Assembly (NCBI GenBank): GCA_016840165.1
Contig: JAEOSU010000076.1
Location: 64,001-128,000, forward strand
Direction: 5' to 3'
From: Promethearchaeota archaeon
GTDB taxonomy: Archaea; Asgardarchaeota; Lokiarchaeia; Sigyniarchaeales; SOKP01
DNA: 64,000 nt
Within the stretch, counting starts at the first letter, position 1. Each line of letters opens with the position of its first letter. Shown here one piece after another: positions 9,169 through 19,619 of this stretch. The notes under the pieces were generated by a model. It did not search any database and was not told the DNA's origin. It saw nothing but the letters and a program-made list of their open reading frames with translations. The translations under genes and the position numbers were made by a program.

Positions 9169-10164
9169 ATGAGTGAAGATTATATTTGTCCTTGTCGAGA
9201 GATTGACCCTGAGCATTTTCTATCGAATGAAGAGGTCCTTGAGTTATTATCGAAAGAAAATTACAATTTTAAAGAACATGATTATTACAGGATATTCAAT
9301 TGTATCCACTGTAATGCATGTGGCACTTCTGAGGAGAGATTTTTATTAAAAGAAAAATTTCTAAAAAATGGGTATCAGATTGAAGGTTTAAATCAGATTA
9401 TTTCTAATTTTGAGAAATTTAAAAGCCCTTTTATTCATAATAAAAGTCGTGTGAAACCTATTGAGGGTATTCCTTCAGAAAGTAGTACTTTACTTTATTT
9501 AGGGTGTTTTACTACTGTCAAGACACCAAAATATGCCGAAAATATAATTAGATATTTATTAAAAGAAGAGGTTGATTTTTGCACCTTAGAGGAGGAGATT
9601 TGCTGCGGATATCCGATCCTATGTATGGGTGAGATAAGTTTTTATAATAAAATTGTAAAAGAAAATCTTCAATTATTTAAGTCCAAAGGATTTAATAGAA
9701 TCATAACTGTGTGCCCTAGTTGTTATATGGTGTTTAAAAAACATTATAGTGACCATGGAATTAGAGTAAATTACTTTACAGATTATTTAAAGCCAGTTTA
9801 TCCTAAAAAGAGGGGGAATCTTATCATTCAACATGCATGCCCCTTAAAAAATGGAGAAATTCCGGGAATAGCCGATGATCTTGAACATTTATTTAGTGAA
9901 AGTGGATATAATGTATTGAATGAAGTTCCGAGAGATTGTTGTGGATTTGGTGTAGGACATCAATTACGAGTGGATATATCAGAGGCTATCGCGATGAAAA
10001 GAATGAAAGATTTTACTGAAGAGGGCGGATACGTAAAAAATTTAGAGGGTGAAAATAATTTCATTACAAGTTATTGTCCAGATGCTTTCTGGGTCTTGAG
10101 AGCTTATGGTCGAAAGCAAAGAATTCCCTTTAAAGTTAAGGATATGTGCGATTTATTATTATAA
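9169..10164 (+). CDS. CCG-domain Fe-S protein (HdrD/GlpC-like), paralog 2
   Basis: CIHCNAC, YLGC, ICCG, CPSC, DCCG; collinear with the upstream paralog. Confidence 0.87.
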   Translation: MSEDYICPCREIDPEHFLSNEEVLELLSKENYNFKEHDYYRIFNCIHCNACGTSEERFLLKEKFLKNGYQIEGLNQIISNFEKFKSPFIHNKSRVKPIEGIPSESSTLLYLGCFTTVKTPKYAENIIRYLLKEEVDFCTLEEEICCGYPILCMGEISFYNKIVKENLQLFKSKGFNRIITVCPSCYMVFKKHYSDHGIRVNYFTDYLKPVYPKKRGNLIIQHACPLKNGEIPGIADDLEHLFSESGYNVLNEVPRDCCGFGVGHQLRVDISEAIAMKRMKDFTEEGGYVKNLEGENNFITSYCPDAFWVLRAYGRKQRIPFKVKDMCDLLL

Positions 10165-10299
10165 TTCTAAATTTGTAGTTTGAAAATCTACTTTTAAAAA
10201 CTAATTATGTAAAAATCAAGGTTTCAACATTAATTTTATAATTTAAACGAATAAATATTTTAAAAGTTCATAGCCATATTGAACTTAGATTAACCAGAT

Positions 10300-11004
10300 T
10301 TGGGTGTTATTATGCTATTTTCAGAAAATGAATTGAACAATGTTAAAAGAGAAATGAGCAAGCTAAAGAATAAAGTAGTTCTTAAATTATTTACTGATTT
10401 TAAAACGCAAGAAGATGGATCTAAGTCAAGATTGTGTATGTCTTGTGAGGGAACTCATGAATTGCTGAAATCATTGGAGGATTTATCGAATGGGAAATTA
10501 ACTATTGAGGAATTATCAATAGAAGAACATAGTGAAGAAGCAAGAAAATATAATGTTATCAGAATTCCCGCAATTCTATTCGTGGATGATAGTGGAAAAG
10601 AGATTATCCGATATTCCGCTCATCCTACGGGATCGGAGTTTGTACCCTTTTTAAATAGCATACAATATTTTTCTGGGGTTAGGCCATTTTATGCCGATCA
10701 GATACTTACGCATTTGAAAAAAATTGAAAAGTCAAATATGAAGATATTTATTACACCCACATGTCCTTATTGTCCTGTAACAGTACCGGTGTTAACATTA
10801 TTCGCAATAGTTTCTAAAGGGAAGATAACAGCTGAAGTTATTGATGTTAATTTAAATCCAGATATCGCAATGAAGTATCAAGTTCAAGGAGTACCCCATA
10901 CTGTTATAAACGAGAAAGATCATATTTATGGCATGTTTTCGCCCCAGGATTTATTAGATAAACTTACAAAAGGAGAAAGAGATTTTGGGGGAATGTATGC
11001 TTAA
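10300..11004 (+). CDS. Protein disulfide oxidoreductase (PDO / AhpF-NTD-like) 1
   Basis: Two thioredoxin folds with CMSC and CPYC; GVP. True start is probably ATG 10312. Confidence 0.9.
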   Translation: MGVIMLFSENELNNVKREMSKLKNKVVLKLFTDFKTQEDGSKSRLCMSCEGTHELLKSLEDLSNGKLTIEELSIEEHSEEARKYNVIRIPAILFVDDSGKEIIRYSAHPTGSEFVPFLNSIQYFSGVRPFYADQILTHLKKIEKSNMKIFITPTCPYCPVTVPVLTLFAIVSKGKITAEVIDVNLNPDIAMKYQVQGVPHTVINEKDHIYGMFSPQDLLDKLTKGERDFGGMYA

Positions 11005-11025
11005 TTCGATGAGGTGATTTGAAAA

Positions 11026-11709
11026 TTGTCTCAGGATGATAAATATCGAGAAATAATTAAAAAAGAAATGGCAAAATTAACTAAACTTGTAAAGCTAAAA
11101 GTATTCACATCTCAAAGTGCTAAGCCAGATGGTACAAAAGTAAGAGCTTGCATGGATTGTGGACAATTTATGTCATTATTGAGAATCTATGAAGAAAATT
11201 CTAATGGTTTACTTACTATTGAAGAGCTTAGTATTGATGAGAATCCAGAATTTGCGAAGAGATATGACATTCAAAGAGTCCCAACAATATTATTTATCGA
11301 TAATCATGGAAATGAACTAATTAGATATTTAGCAGCTCCTCAGGGTGGAGAAATTCAACCATTTATTCAAGCAATATTTACATTCGCAGGGGCTCCTAAT
11401 TATTATGAAGCTGCAATAAAACAGAATCTTAACAGAATTTCACCAGCCATAATCAAAGTCATGATTACTAACTCATGTCCATATTGTCCTCAAGTTGTTT
11501 CTATAAGTAATCAATTTGCTCTTGCAGCTGAGGGAAAAATTCGGACGATTATTATCGATATTTTAGCAAATCCGGATATCGGTCAATATTATGACGCTTC
11601 AGGAGTTCCATATACTATCATAAATGATAAAAAAACTTTAGCAGGTATGGTAGGTCCGAATGAGATAATAAGAGAGTTAATTGGGAGTAATAAAAGGGTA
11701 CAATATTAA
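11026..11709 (+). CDS. Protein disulfide oxidoreductase 2
   Basis: CMDC and CPYC; RVP and GVP. Confidence 0.9.
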   Translation: MSQDDKYREIIKKEMAKLTKLVKLKVFTSQSAKPDGTKVRACMDCGQFMSLLRIYEENSNGLLTIEELSIDENPEFAKRYDIQRVPTILFIDNHGNELIRYLAAPQGGEIQPFIQAIFTFAGAPNYYEAAIKQNLNRISPAIIKVMITNSCPYCPQVVSISNQFALAAEGKIRTIIIDILANPDIGQYYDASGVPYTIINDKKTLAGMVGPNEIIRELIGSNKRVQY

Positions 11710-11742
11710 TTTTAAATATATAGTTCTTGAAAAAGGAGAGAT

Positions 11743-12396
11743 GTGATAATTTTGCCCGCGTCATATATTATTGAAAAAATGTTAAAGGAAGAAATGAGTA
11801 AAATATTGCATCCAATTACAGTTAAAGTGTTTATTAACGAGAAAAATCAATCACAAACAAGTGAAATTATATCGAGACTAAAAAAGATTGAAGAGATTTC
11901 CAATGATAAGTTACAATTTGAGATATTATCTATTCATAATAAGAATGATTTAGTTGAAAAATATCAAATAGAAAGGTTACCTACAATATTATTTACTGAT
12001 GCTGAAGGAAAAGAGCTTATTCGTTATTTATCAGTACCGCAAGGCAGCGAACTTAGACCGTTTATCCAAGCACTTCAATTACTCTCTGGTGAGAAAAACT
12101 ATTATGAACCAGTCCTTAGAGAAAATGTGAGGAATATTAAATTTTCAAAAATTAAAGTGATGGTATCTAAATCGTGTGCTTATTGCCCTGAATTGATAAC
12201 CCTTGTGTCCCAGTTTGCCTTGGGAACCTCGGGAAAAATTAAAGCAGAAATTATTGATATATGCGAAAATCCAGATATTGGAAATCAATATAATATTGAA
12301 ACGGTTCCCTATATGGTGATTAATGATGGGAGCCCTATTATAGGTTTAATTAGTCCCTATGAATTATTGGAGCAAATTTTAAGTAATGGTACATAA
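11743..12396 (+). CDS. Protein disulfide oxidoreductase 3 (N-terminal CxxC lost)
   Basis: Collinear with PDO1/2 but retains only CAYC. Confidence 0.85.
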   Translation: MIILPASYIIEKMLKEEMSKILHPITVKVFINEKNQSQTSEIISRLKKIEEISNDKLQFEILSIHNKNDLVEKYQIERLPTILFTDAEGKELIRYLSVPQGSELRPFIQALQLLSGEKNYYEPVLRENVRNIKFSKIKVMVSKSCAYCPELITLVSQFALGTSGKIKAEIIDICENPDIGNQYNIETVPYMVINDGSPIIGLISPYELLEQILSNGT

Positions 12397-12419
12397 AGTT
12401 TGAATTATGAGGTTGAAAT

Positions 12420-13364
12420 ATGCTAAATATTGATATGGAAGGAATTGATTTAGAGAAGGTTTATGACCTTATAGTTTTAGGAGGAGGTCCTACTGCAATC
12501 GGATGTGCGATATATGCGAAACGCTTTGCAATGGATGTGTTGATAATTGGGAAAACTTATGGAGGTTTAATTGCAACAACTCATGTCGTAGAGAATTATC
12601 CTGCTATTTCCTCAATTAGTGGCCAAGGATTAATGGAAATGTTTAAAGAACATATGAATTCCCTCAATATTCCTTATATCTCCGATGAGATTAAGTCTAT
12701 TGAAAAATTAGATGACTACTTTGAATTACACTCTTTTTTCCAAAACTTTAAGGCTTATTCTGTATGTATAGCGACCGGATCAATTCGAAGAAAGCTGGGT
12801 ATATCAGGAGAAGAGGAATTTGCAGGAAGAGGTGTTTCTTACTGTGCAACTTGTGACGGTCCTTTTTATAAAGATAAGGTGGTCTGTGTTATCGGGGGAA
12901 GTGATTCTGCTGCAAAGGAAGCACTATTCCTAGCCCAAAATACAAGCAAGGTTTATATGATATATCGAGGCGAGGAAATACGAGCAGAACCAATAAATAA
13001 AAAGAGAGTTCTCGAAAACGACAAAATAGAAATAATATACAAAACAAATGTAGTTGAAATTATCGGAGAAGGAAAAGTAAAATCAATAGTTTTCGATAAT
13101 GGAAAAAAATTAGAGATTGATGGCGTTTTCATTGAAATTGGCTCGATTCCCAACTCTCAGATTGCAAAACGTATTGGAGTAGGACTTAATGAAAAAGACG
13201 AGATCAAAATTAATCGAAAATCTGAAACCAATATTCCAGGATTATTTGCTGCGGGAGATGTTGCTGACGCACCGTTCAAGCAAGCAATAACAGGGGTGGC
13301 AGAGGGTGTTATTGCAGCCTATTCTGCTTTTGATTATGTAAAAGAAATGAATATTGAATATTAG
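12420..13364 (+). CDS. trxB: Thioredoxin reductase
   Basis: GGGPTA, GRGVSYCATCDG, GGSDSA, GLFAAGDV. Confidence 0.93.
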   Translation: MLNIDMEGIDLEKVYDLIVLGGGPTAIGCAIYAKRFAMDVLIIGKTYGGLIATTHVVENYPAISSISGQGLMEMFKEHMNSLNIPYISDEIKSIEKLDDYFELHSFFQNFKAYSVCIATGSIRRKLGISGEEEFAGRGVSYCATCDGPFYKDKVVCVIGGSDSAAKEALFLAQNTSKVYMIYRGEEIRAEPINKKRVLENDKIEIIYKTNVVEIIGEGKVKSIVFDNGKKLEIDGVFIEIGSIPNSQIAKRIGVGLNEKDEIKINRKSETNIPGLFAAGDVADAPFKQAITGVAEGVIAAYSAFDYVKEMNIEY

Positions 13365-13440
13365 ATTTAAAGCATTTTTTGCTTTTATGTAAATTCTTTT
13401 TTATATTCTATTTTGTATTTGATCTATGTAATTATAGGAT

Positions 13441-13869
13441 ATGATTAGAAAAAATTATCGAAAATATTTCGGTTATTATATAATAATAGCTGTAATTTGG
13501 ATTATTTTGATTTTTTTATTGATAATTCTATTACAAAGATCATTACCTTTCACTGTGTCGCTATTTGTTAGTATTTTTTTGGTATCCTTTCCAATTTCTT
13601 TCATACTTGGTTTAAGATATTTTCTTATTAAACAAGATAGGCTGGAATTTGGATGGAATATAAGGAGTACAATAAAAACTCAAGTTCCTGTGTTTCAGGA
13701 TATAAATAACTTGAAAAATGAAATAAAAGCGAAAGTGTCTGAGTTGAGGTTTTTACAGCAGTATAAATTTAAGTCTTTTATAGTTGAGATCCAAAAAAAG
13801 AGACTCAAGAAAGAGTTGAAGATTCTGAGAAAACAATATATCAACATGAATCGTGATAATTTGTTATAA
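13441..13869 (+). CDS. Hypothetical two-TM membrane protein
   Basis: Two hydrophobic segments and a basic helical tail. Confidence 0.55.
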   Translation: MIRKNYRKYFGYYIIIAVIWIILIFLLIILLQRSLPFTVSLFVSIFLVSFPISFILGLRYFLIKQDRLEFGWNIRSTIKTQVPVFQDINNLKNEIKAKVSELRFLQQYKFKSFIVEIQKKRLKKELKILRKQYINMNRDNLL

Positions 13870-13986
13870 TAGACCCCTGCTAAATATTGAAAAAGTTTTT
13901 AGCTCTTTGATATCATGGAGTTTAAATTATTCTATTAAAATAAAATGGTACTCAGAAATTTTTAATAGAATGGAGAAGAATAATCA

Positions 13987-15300
13987 TTGTCTTGGCTTAG
14001 CAACATTCTAACTCTTATTCTAACCACGAGCAGTTACTTTCTCATCTATTTGTTATATTTAAAATATTTTAAAAAAAGGGGAAAATTATTTTGGAAGAGA
14101 ATAAAATTTAATAAGAAACATCGAACATTAAATACTATATTTGGACTTGGAATAATTTTATGTTTATGTAGCTCCTTAGCTTTATTCTGTTTCAATATCA
14201 GTCATCGTATTGCCTATTTAAACTTAGGTATATCTGGTGAATCGAAGTGGATTTACTCAAATGGACAAAAATATCTTCAAATTAATGCTGAAAACAATTA
14301 TGACTTAGGTTATCATACAGGATTCCATTTATCCTCTGAAATATTTAAAATGAGATTTTTACTTTCCATTTCTGAGAGTTCTTTTGGATTATCCTATTCC
14401 GAAATGATTAGTATATCTGAACAGTATCTACCATATATCCCACAGAAATACATTGAAGAAATGCAAGGTATTAGTGATGGTGCTACAGCAGGTAGTGGAT
14501 TCCCGATAAGTTTTACAGATATATTAGTTCAAAATGTAATTTTTGAAATTTTATATGGCCAAATTAATCCGCTCTCAGAATCAATAGATTTCACGTTAGG
14601 ATGTACGACCTTTGGCTCAAAAAATAACGACTCAACTATAATTGTTGGTCAGAATATGGATTTAGTTAAACCATTTTCTTGGGTACAATCATTCATTCTC
14701 CATAAGGTAGGTGATAATCCATATATTTTTACATATAGAATTGGTGGATGCTTGGCACTGCCCATGGGCAAAAATGAGTATGGGGTGACTATCATAACAA
14801 ATTTAGTTCAAACAAGATTAGTAGCTCCCATCATGACCCCCACGTTCGTTTTAATAAGAGAAGGACTTGAAAATATGTATAATATAGAAGATATATATAA
14901 AAATATGTTTCCAGAAAATAAAAGTGCATATAGTAGAAATTTCATAATTGCAAATACGACTTCTTTATTAACTGTTGAGTCATTACCTGAGAATCAAACA
15001 TTAATTTATCCTAATTCAACTGTGGTCCATTCTAACACCTATACAAATCCTAATTGGCAAAATTATTTGGTGGATCCACAATATTCCAAGGATAGACAGG
15101 TCTATGCTGAAAATTTACTAAATCTTGCCTATAATGATAATAAAATAAATAATGATGAGTTACTTACTATTTTAAAAGATTCACCTACAATATGTAGAGA
15201 TGAACAGGGTTTTATTGGAATGAGTACAGTAGCGTTCATGACATTCTATTCATTTGGATTAGGGAATCCAAATGGACATATTGGAATTATACCAATCTAA
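13987..15300 (+). CDS. Membrane-anchored C45-family Ntn hydrolase / acyltransferase
   Basis: EEMQGISDGA, autoproteolytic G|CTT, GQNMD, GKNEYGV, HSN; two N-terminal TM segments. Confidence 0.82.
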   Translation: MSWLSNILTLILTTSSYFLIYLLYLKYFKKRGKLFWKRIKFNKKHRTLNTIFGLGIILCLCSSLALFCFNISHRIAYLNLGISGESKWIYSNGQKYLQINAENNYDLGYHTGFHLSSEIFKMRFLLSISESSFGLSYSEMISISEQYLPYIPQKYIEEMQGISDGATAGSGFPISFTDILVQNVIFEILYGQINPLSESIDFTLGCTTFGSKNNDSTIIVGQNMDLVKPFSWVQSFILHKVGDNPYIFTYRIGGCLALPMGKNEYGVTIITNLVQTRLVAPIMTPTFVLIREGLENMYNIEDIYKNMFPENKSAYSRNFIIANTTSLLTVESLPENQTLIYPNSTVVHSNTYTNPNWQNYLVDPQYSKDRQVYAENLLNLAYNDNKINNDELLTILKDSPTICRDEQGFIGMSTVAFMTFYSFGLGNPNGHIGIIPI

Positions 15301-15331
15301 ACAGATAATAATTATAATTAAAAAAAAGTTT

Positions 15332-15640
15332 TTATTCGATTGGAACGTCTATAGCCCCTTCCATCCGATCCTTAAAAGGTACATCAACCTTCAATATACC
15401 ATTTTTGTATATAGCTTTAGATTTATCTGCAGAAACCGGACAACATATTGCATATGAGCCAACGTAGACCGTATTATCGGTTTCACCCTTTATAAAGAAA
15501 GAATCTTCATGCATCTTTAGAATTATTGTATCCTTTTCTACTCCAGGCATCGTTATTTCTATATGGTATTTATCTTGCTCATCATCGGCCCAAGCACAAA
15601 TATCTGGAGAGACTACATATTTTTCTTTACCTTCAGACAC
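15332..15640 (-). CDS. Small heat-shock protein (Hsp20 / alpha-crystallin)
   Basis: MPGVEKDTI, AIYKNGILKV; GTG start after a GGTGA SD. Confidence 0.88.
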   Translation of the reverse strand: MSEGKEKYVVSPDICAWADDEQDKYHIEITMPGVEKDTIILKMHEDSFFIKGETDNTVYVGSYAICCPVSADKSKAIYKNGILKVDVPFKDRMEGAIDVPIE

Positions 15641-15932
15641 GTTTATTCACCTTTTTTAATTATTTGGTTTTATAACAATTAGTATCACTAAAATTAGTTT
15701 TTTAAAAGTTTGTTTAATGATTTGTAAGAATTCTTACACTGTTATTATTTGAAAAAAAACTAAAGTATGGATTTTATTTTATTTTATAAATTTTGAAATT
15801 AATATTTTTAAAATTCGACTAAGGGGATTATATCTTCAAAAAAAATCGTCTCACCATCAAAACTAAGTTGAATCACATCTTAGTATATATATTATAATCT
15901 ATACACATAAAAGCAATTCAATTTTTAAAGTC

Positions 15933-16166
15933 TTGATGAATAAGCATCATCATGTTCAAAGTTATAAATTCCATCATATCGATACAGATAAGTGTAAAAG
16001 ATGTACTCATTTTTATTGTGAGGATGCTTGTTTTAGAGGAATTTATGATGTTATTAATAAAGATACTGAACCAAAGTGCACAATTATCAAAAAACGCGAA
16101 GATAAGTGTGTAAAATGTCATATATGTACAACTGCGTGCAAGTTTAGAGCTATTATGATTGATTGA
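15933..16166 (+). CDS. Small 2x[4Fe-4S] ferredoxin
   Basis: CKRCTHFYCEDAC and CVKCHICTTAC. Confidence 0.82.
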   Translation: MMNKHHHVQSYKFHHIDTDKCKRCTHFYCEDACFRGIYDVINKDTEPKCTIIKKREDKCVKCHICTTACKFRAIMID

Positions 16167-16268
16167 AAATCAATTATGATGAGCAGTATTTTTCTAAAAA
16201 ACTTATAAAATATAAATTTCAAAATTAATTAAGCTAATATAGGAAAATAAAAAATCTCCGTTATAATA

Positions 16269-16826
16269 ATGATATCTCAAAAATTAAAACTAGATGATAT
16301 TGATAAGAAAATTATTAGTTTAGTTCAAGAGGATCCTAATCTTACACATACTCAAATTGCTGAAAGGATAGACAGAAGCCAACCAACTGTTGGTATGAGA
16401 ATTAAGAAATTAGAAAAAGAAGGGATTCTCCAATTTCAACCCGGTATTAATTTTAAGAAAGTAGACTTATTTTTAGCTACTGTGGAGTTAAAGACAAAAT
16501 ATCCTGATGAAATTATCGATATGGCTAAATATTGTCCTTTTATGTTAAACGCTTTTCGTTTAAGTGGCGACCATAACATTTGTATTCTTCTTGCAAGCTC
16601 AAAGCTTGAGAAGTTAGATAATATTGTAAATTATCATTTTAGAAATAATCCTAGTGTCCAATCAGTTTCAATGGAAATCGTAACTCAAATAGCTAAGGAT
16701 TTTATACTTCCTATTGATTTTGATTCCGAGGAACATAACCCTACCTTAGAAGAAGGCTGTGGAGAGAACTGCAAGTATAAATTGGGTGCTTTGCAAGCAA
16801 AGGTAGAACAATCACATTTTATGTGA
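16269..16826 (+). CDS. Lrp/AsnC-family regulator A
   Basis: LDDIDKKII..SQPTVGMRIKKLE HTH; RAM domain SGDHN; Cys tail CGENC. Confidence 0.9.
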   Translation: MISQKLKLDDIDKKIISLVQEDPNLTHTQIAERIDRSQPTVGMRIKKLEKEGILQFQPGINFKKVDLFLATVELKTKYPDEIIDMAKYCPFMLNAFRLSGDHNICILLASSKLEKLDNIVNYHFRNNPSVQSVSMEIVTQIAKDFILPIDFDSEEHNPTLEEGCGENCKYKLGALQAKVEQSHFM

Positions 16827-16851
16827 TTTTTCTTTGAAAGAAAAACAATGA

Positions 16852-17421
16852 TTAGTCTTTCTCTTCTATTTTCTCAAATTGATATTTTGGAATATTAACA
16901 TTTAGTTCACAATCGGGTCCACAGTTGGTAGAATGAAGGTTAAATTTTTCGATTTGAAAATCTATAGGAACAACAAAGTCATGAATAGAGTCAATAATAA
17001 TATTAGTTTTCACGTTTGTAACATGTGGGTCTTTTCTAAAGCAGATATCTACCAACTTTTCAATAGTTTGTAGATCTGAAGCAGCTATAAAGCATAGAAG
17101 ATTGAATTCTCCAGATATTTTAAATGCATGATTAATGAATGGACATTTATCAAGTTTATTTACAATACTATCGACGTCTTTTGTTGATATAAATACGATA
17201 GCTGTTTTTATATCAACTTTCTTTATATTAAATCCCACTTGTTTAGTTAATAAATTCTTACGCTCCAACTTGATTATTCGAGCGCCTACTGCGGGTTGAG
17301 ATTTTTCAATTTCGGTTGCAATTTGACTATGAGTAATATCCGGATCTCGCTCAATCATCTCGATGATTTTATAATCGTCATCATCAATTCCTAATATTTC
17401 TTTAAAAGTTTTCTTTATCAT
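16852..17421 (-). CDS. Lrp/AsnC-family regulator B (paralog of A)
   Basis: SQPAVGARIIKLE; SGEFN; Cys tail CGPDC. Confidence 0.9.
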   Translation of the reverse strand: MIKKTFKEILGIDDDDYKIIEMIERDPDITHSQIATEIEKSQPAVGARIIKLERKNLLTKQVGFNIKKVDIKTAIVFISTKDVDSIVNKLDKCPFINHAFKISGEFNLLCFIAASDLQTIEKLVDICFRKDPHVTNVKTNIIIDSIHDFVVPIDFQIEKFNLHSTNCGPDCELNVNIPKYQFEKIEEKD

Positions 17422-17601
17422 ATCTTTGTACCTAGAGACGCTATTTTAATATAAATTTTGTTTCTATGAATATAAAATTTAGTTGTGTTTAATATTAACA
17501 AATATGAATAGTTACGATTAAGTTCTTTTGTTTTATAAATTATTTATCTAAATTTTGTTTAGTAATATAAGTTATGATATTATATTTGCTTTGATAGAAA
17601 T

Positions 17602-18582
17602 TTATAACAAATTTACAAAACTTGTAAGAATTTCAAGAATTAAAATTATTATCGTGAAACCAACAAATCCTAATATAAAATAAAGCGGTTTTCCTTTTTC
17701 CTTTTCTGGAATAACTTCGCGTACAATAGTATAGAGAATAACTCCAGAAATAAATGAGTAAAGTATATAAAAAAGTTCTAAATCTAAAACATTAAATTGG
17801 AATATAAGTTCAAGAATCAGCATAACAAGAATACCTAATATCGCAGCACTAGAAAGTAAGTATTTTTTTATCTTATTATCGCTTATATCTGTTTTTTCAT
17901 AAATTTCTAGATCGGTGAAAATGATATGCCCTTCAGATCTATGAGTTATAATTGCTCTTGACCATGCAAATACAAAAAAGAGTATACCTGATACGAATTC
18001 AATCGAAAGCAAACCTGCTAAAATTATTCCAATTAAAAAATGATACGTGAAATTTGTAAAAAAACGCAAATGTGATAAATCTTCACTGATACGGTTTTGA
18101 ATTTTTATTTTATAGCGATTTATTTCATTTAACATTTCCTCTTCTTGTTGATTTAAGCTGGTAATCGTTTGAGCTATGTCCCTTACGGCTGATTCATCTA
18201 AACTTTCCCGAGTTAGCTCTTTAGTTAAAACTTTTTCAATTCCCTTCTCAACTTCTTCTAAAGTCTTTTCCTTTTGAAGTAACTTACGCATTCTTCTCTG
18301 AGAGTTTACTTCAACTTTCTGTAGAATTAGTTTTTCAGTGACATGGACAAAAGAAAATCCCACCACTACAAAAAGATACTCAAAAATCACAATTTCAAAA
18401 GGAATGACAGGAATTCCTATAGCGACCTCTGGAAGTAGAACAAGAAAGAAATACGACAAGGAAATCCCCGCGATAAGCGATATATGGAGTTTTGGATGTT
18501 GATGTTCATAAAAATCTGCGATAAAGAAAAAGATGCCAAAAACTAAAGATACTATCGCTACAATTAAAAAATTCTCTATCAT
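17602..18582 (-). CDS. Polytopic membrane protein, ZIP-transporter-like, with a long helical insertion
   Basis: ISLIAGISLSYFFLVLLPE; FISGVILYTIVREVIPE. Confidence 0.6.
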   Translation of the reverse strand: MIENFLIVAIVSLVFGIFFFIADFYEHQHPKLHISLIAGISLSYFFLVLLPEVAIGIPVIPFEIVIFEYLFVVVGFSFVHVTEKLILQKVEVNSQRRMRKLLQKEKTLEEVEKGIEKVLTKELTRESLDESAVRDIAQTITSLNQQEEEMLNEINRYKIKIQNRISEDLSHLRFFTNFTYHFLIGIILAGLLSIEFVSGILFFVFAWSRAIITHRSEGHIIFTDLEIYEKTDISDNKIKKYLLSSAAILGILVMLILELIFQFNVLDLELFYILYSFISGVILYTIVREVIPEKEKGKPLYFILGFVGFTIIILILEILTSFVNLL

Positions 18583-18698
18583 TATTATTCACAAGATTGA
18601 AGAAATTTATAAAAGTTTTATGGTAAAGGTTTCAATTTTTAAGTAGAATTACAATTTATTGTATTGATATAAACATTTGATGTAGATAGTTGATGTGA

Positions 18699-19619
18699 AT
18701 GGACTTTCTGATAATTACTTCCAGACAAGATAAGGCTTCAATGAACATTCGAAATAATATATTAAATTCTACCTTATATTCTTTTAGAAAATCAGAAAAA
18801 GTATGGCATGAAAATCACATATATCAACTCGAAGGTTTTACAGAAAATAATGCTTTTAATAGTCTTTTAAACAAAAATCATATATATTTAGGACTGACAA
18901 ATGAACGTTTAATTTTTTTAAATGATTTAAAATTGAGGCAAACAAAAATTAATCCAAATGCCATTATTTTTGCAAGTCGACATACCTCGAAAACAGCAAG
19001 ACCAGCGATATTAATACACACAACAGGCAATTGGAGTGATGATGTGACTTTTGGTGGAGGCCCTTATGAATTATCTAAAACAAGTGCCTTGTTACAAAAA
19101 GCAGGCTTTTATTGCTTGGAGGATCATTTACAAAAAGAAAATATAACTAAATTTAACTTCGATATGGAAGTGACTCACCACGGTCCGACGAACTTAGATA
19201 TTCCTTTAGTATACATGGAATTGGGAAGTAGTAAAAATGAATGGACTTTGAGTAAGGCAGGTAAACTAGTTGGAGATGCTATAATTGATACCATCTTTAA
19301 ATATCTTTCTTATCAATTAGAAGAAGATATAAAAGTGGGATTAGGTTTCGGTGGAACGCATTATGCCCCGAATTTTAATAAAATTATGGGACTTTCAGAC
19401 ATCGCATTATCTTTTATATGCCCGAAATACTATATTCAAAATCTTAACAATAAGCTTATAGCCCAGATGATACAAAATACTACTGAAAGGATTGATTACT
19501 TCATAATCGACTGGAAAGGTACAAATTCAGCCGATAAAAACCATTTGTTTTCACTTTTAGAAGATTTTGACATTCCCATCAAAAAGAGTAAAGATTTTAA
19601 ATCTGAAATTGCTTATTGA
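18699..19619 (+). CDS. dtdA: Archaeal D-aminoacyl-tRNA deacylase (DTD2)
   Basis: FASRH, HTTGN, EVTHHGP, ELGSS..EW, GFGGTHYAP. Confidence 0.92.
   Translation: MDFLIITSRQDKASMNIRNNILNSTLYSFRKSEKVWHENHIYQLEGFTENNAFNSLLNKNHIYLGLTNERLIFLNDLKLRQTKINPNAIIFASRHTSKTARPAILIHTTGNWSDDVTFGGGPYELSKTSALLQKAGFYCLEDHLQKENITKFNFDMEVTHHGPTNLDIPLVYMELGSSKNEWTLSKAGKLVGDAIIDTIFKYLSYQLEEDIKVGLGFGGTHYAPNFNKIMGLSDIALSFICPKYYIQNLNNKLIAQMIQNTTERIDYFIIDWKGTNSADKNHLFSLLEDFDIPIKKSKDFKSEIAY

Noticed and set aside
4231-13364. Possible selenoproteins (TGA recoding) among the redox genes, since Lokiarchaeia are known to use Sec
   Set aside because: The CxxC motifs are encoded with Cys and I saw no in-frame TGA at a catalytic position.
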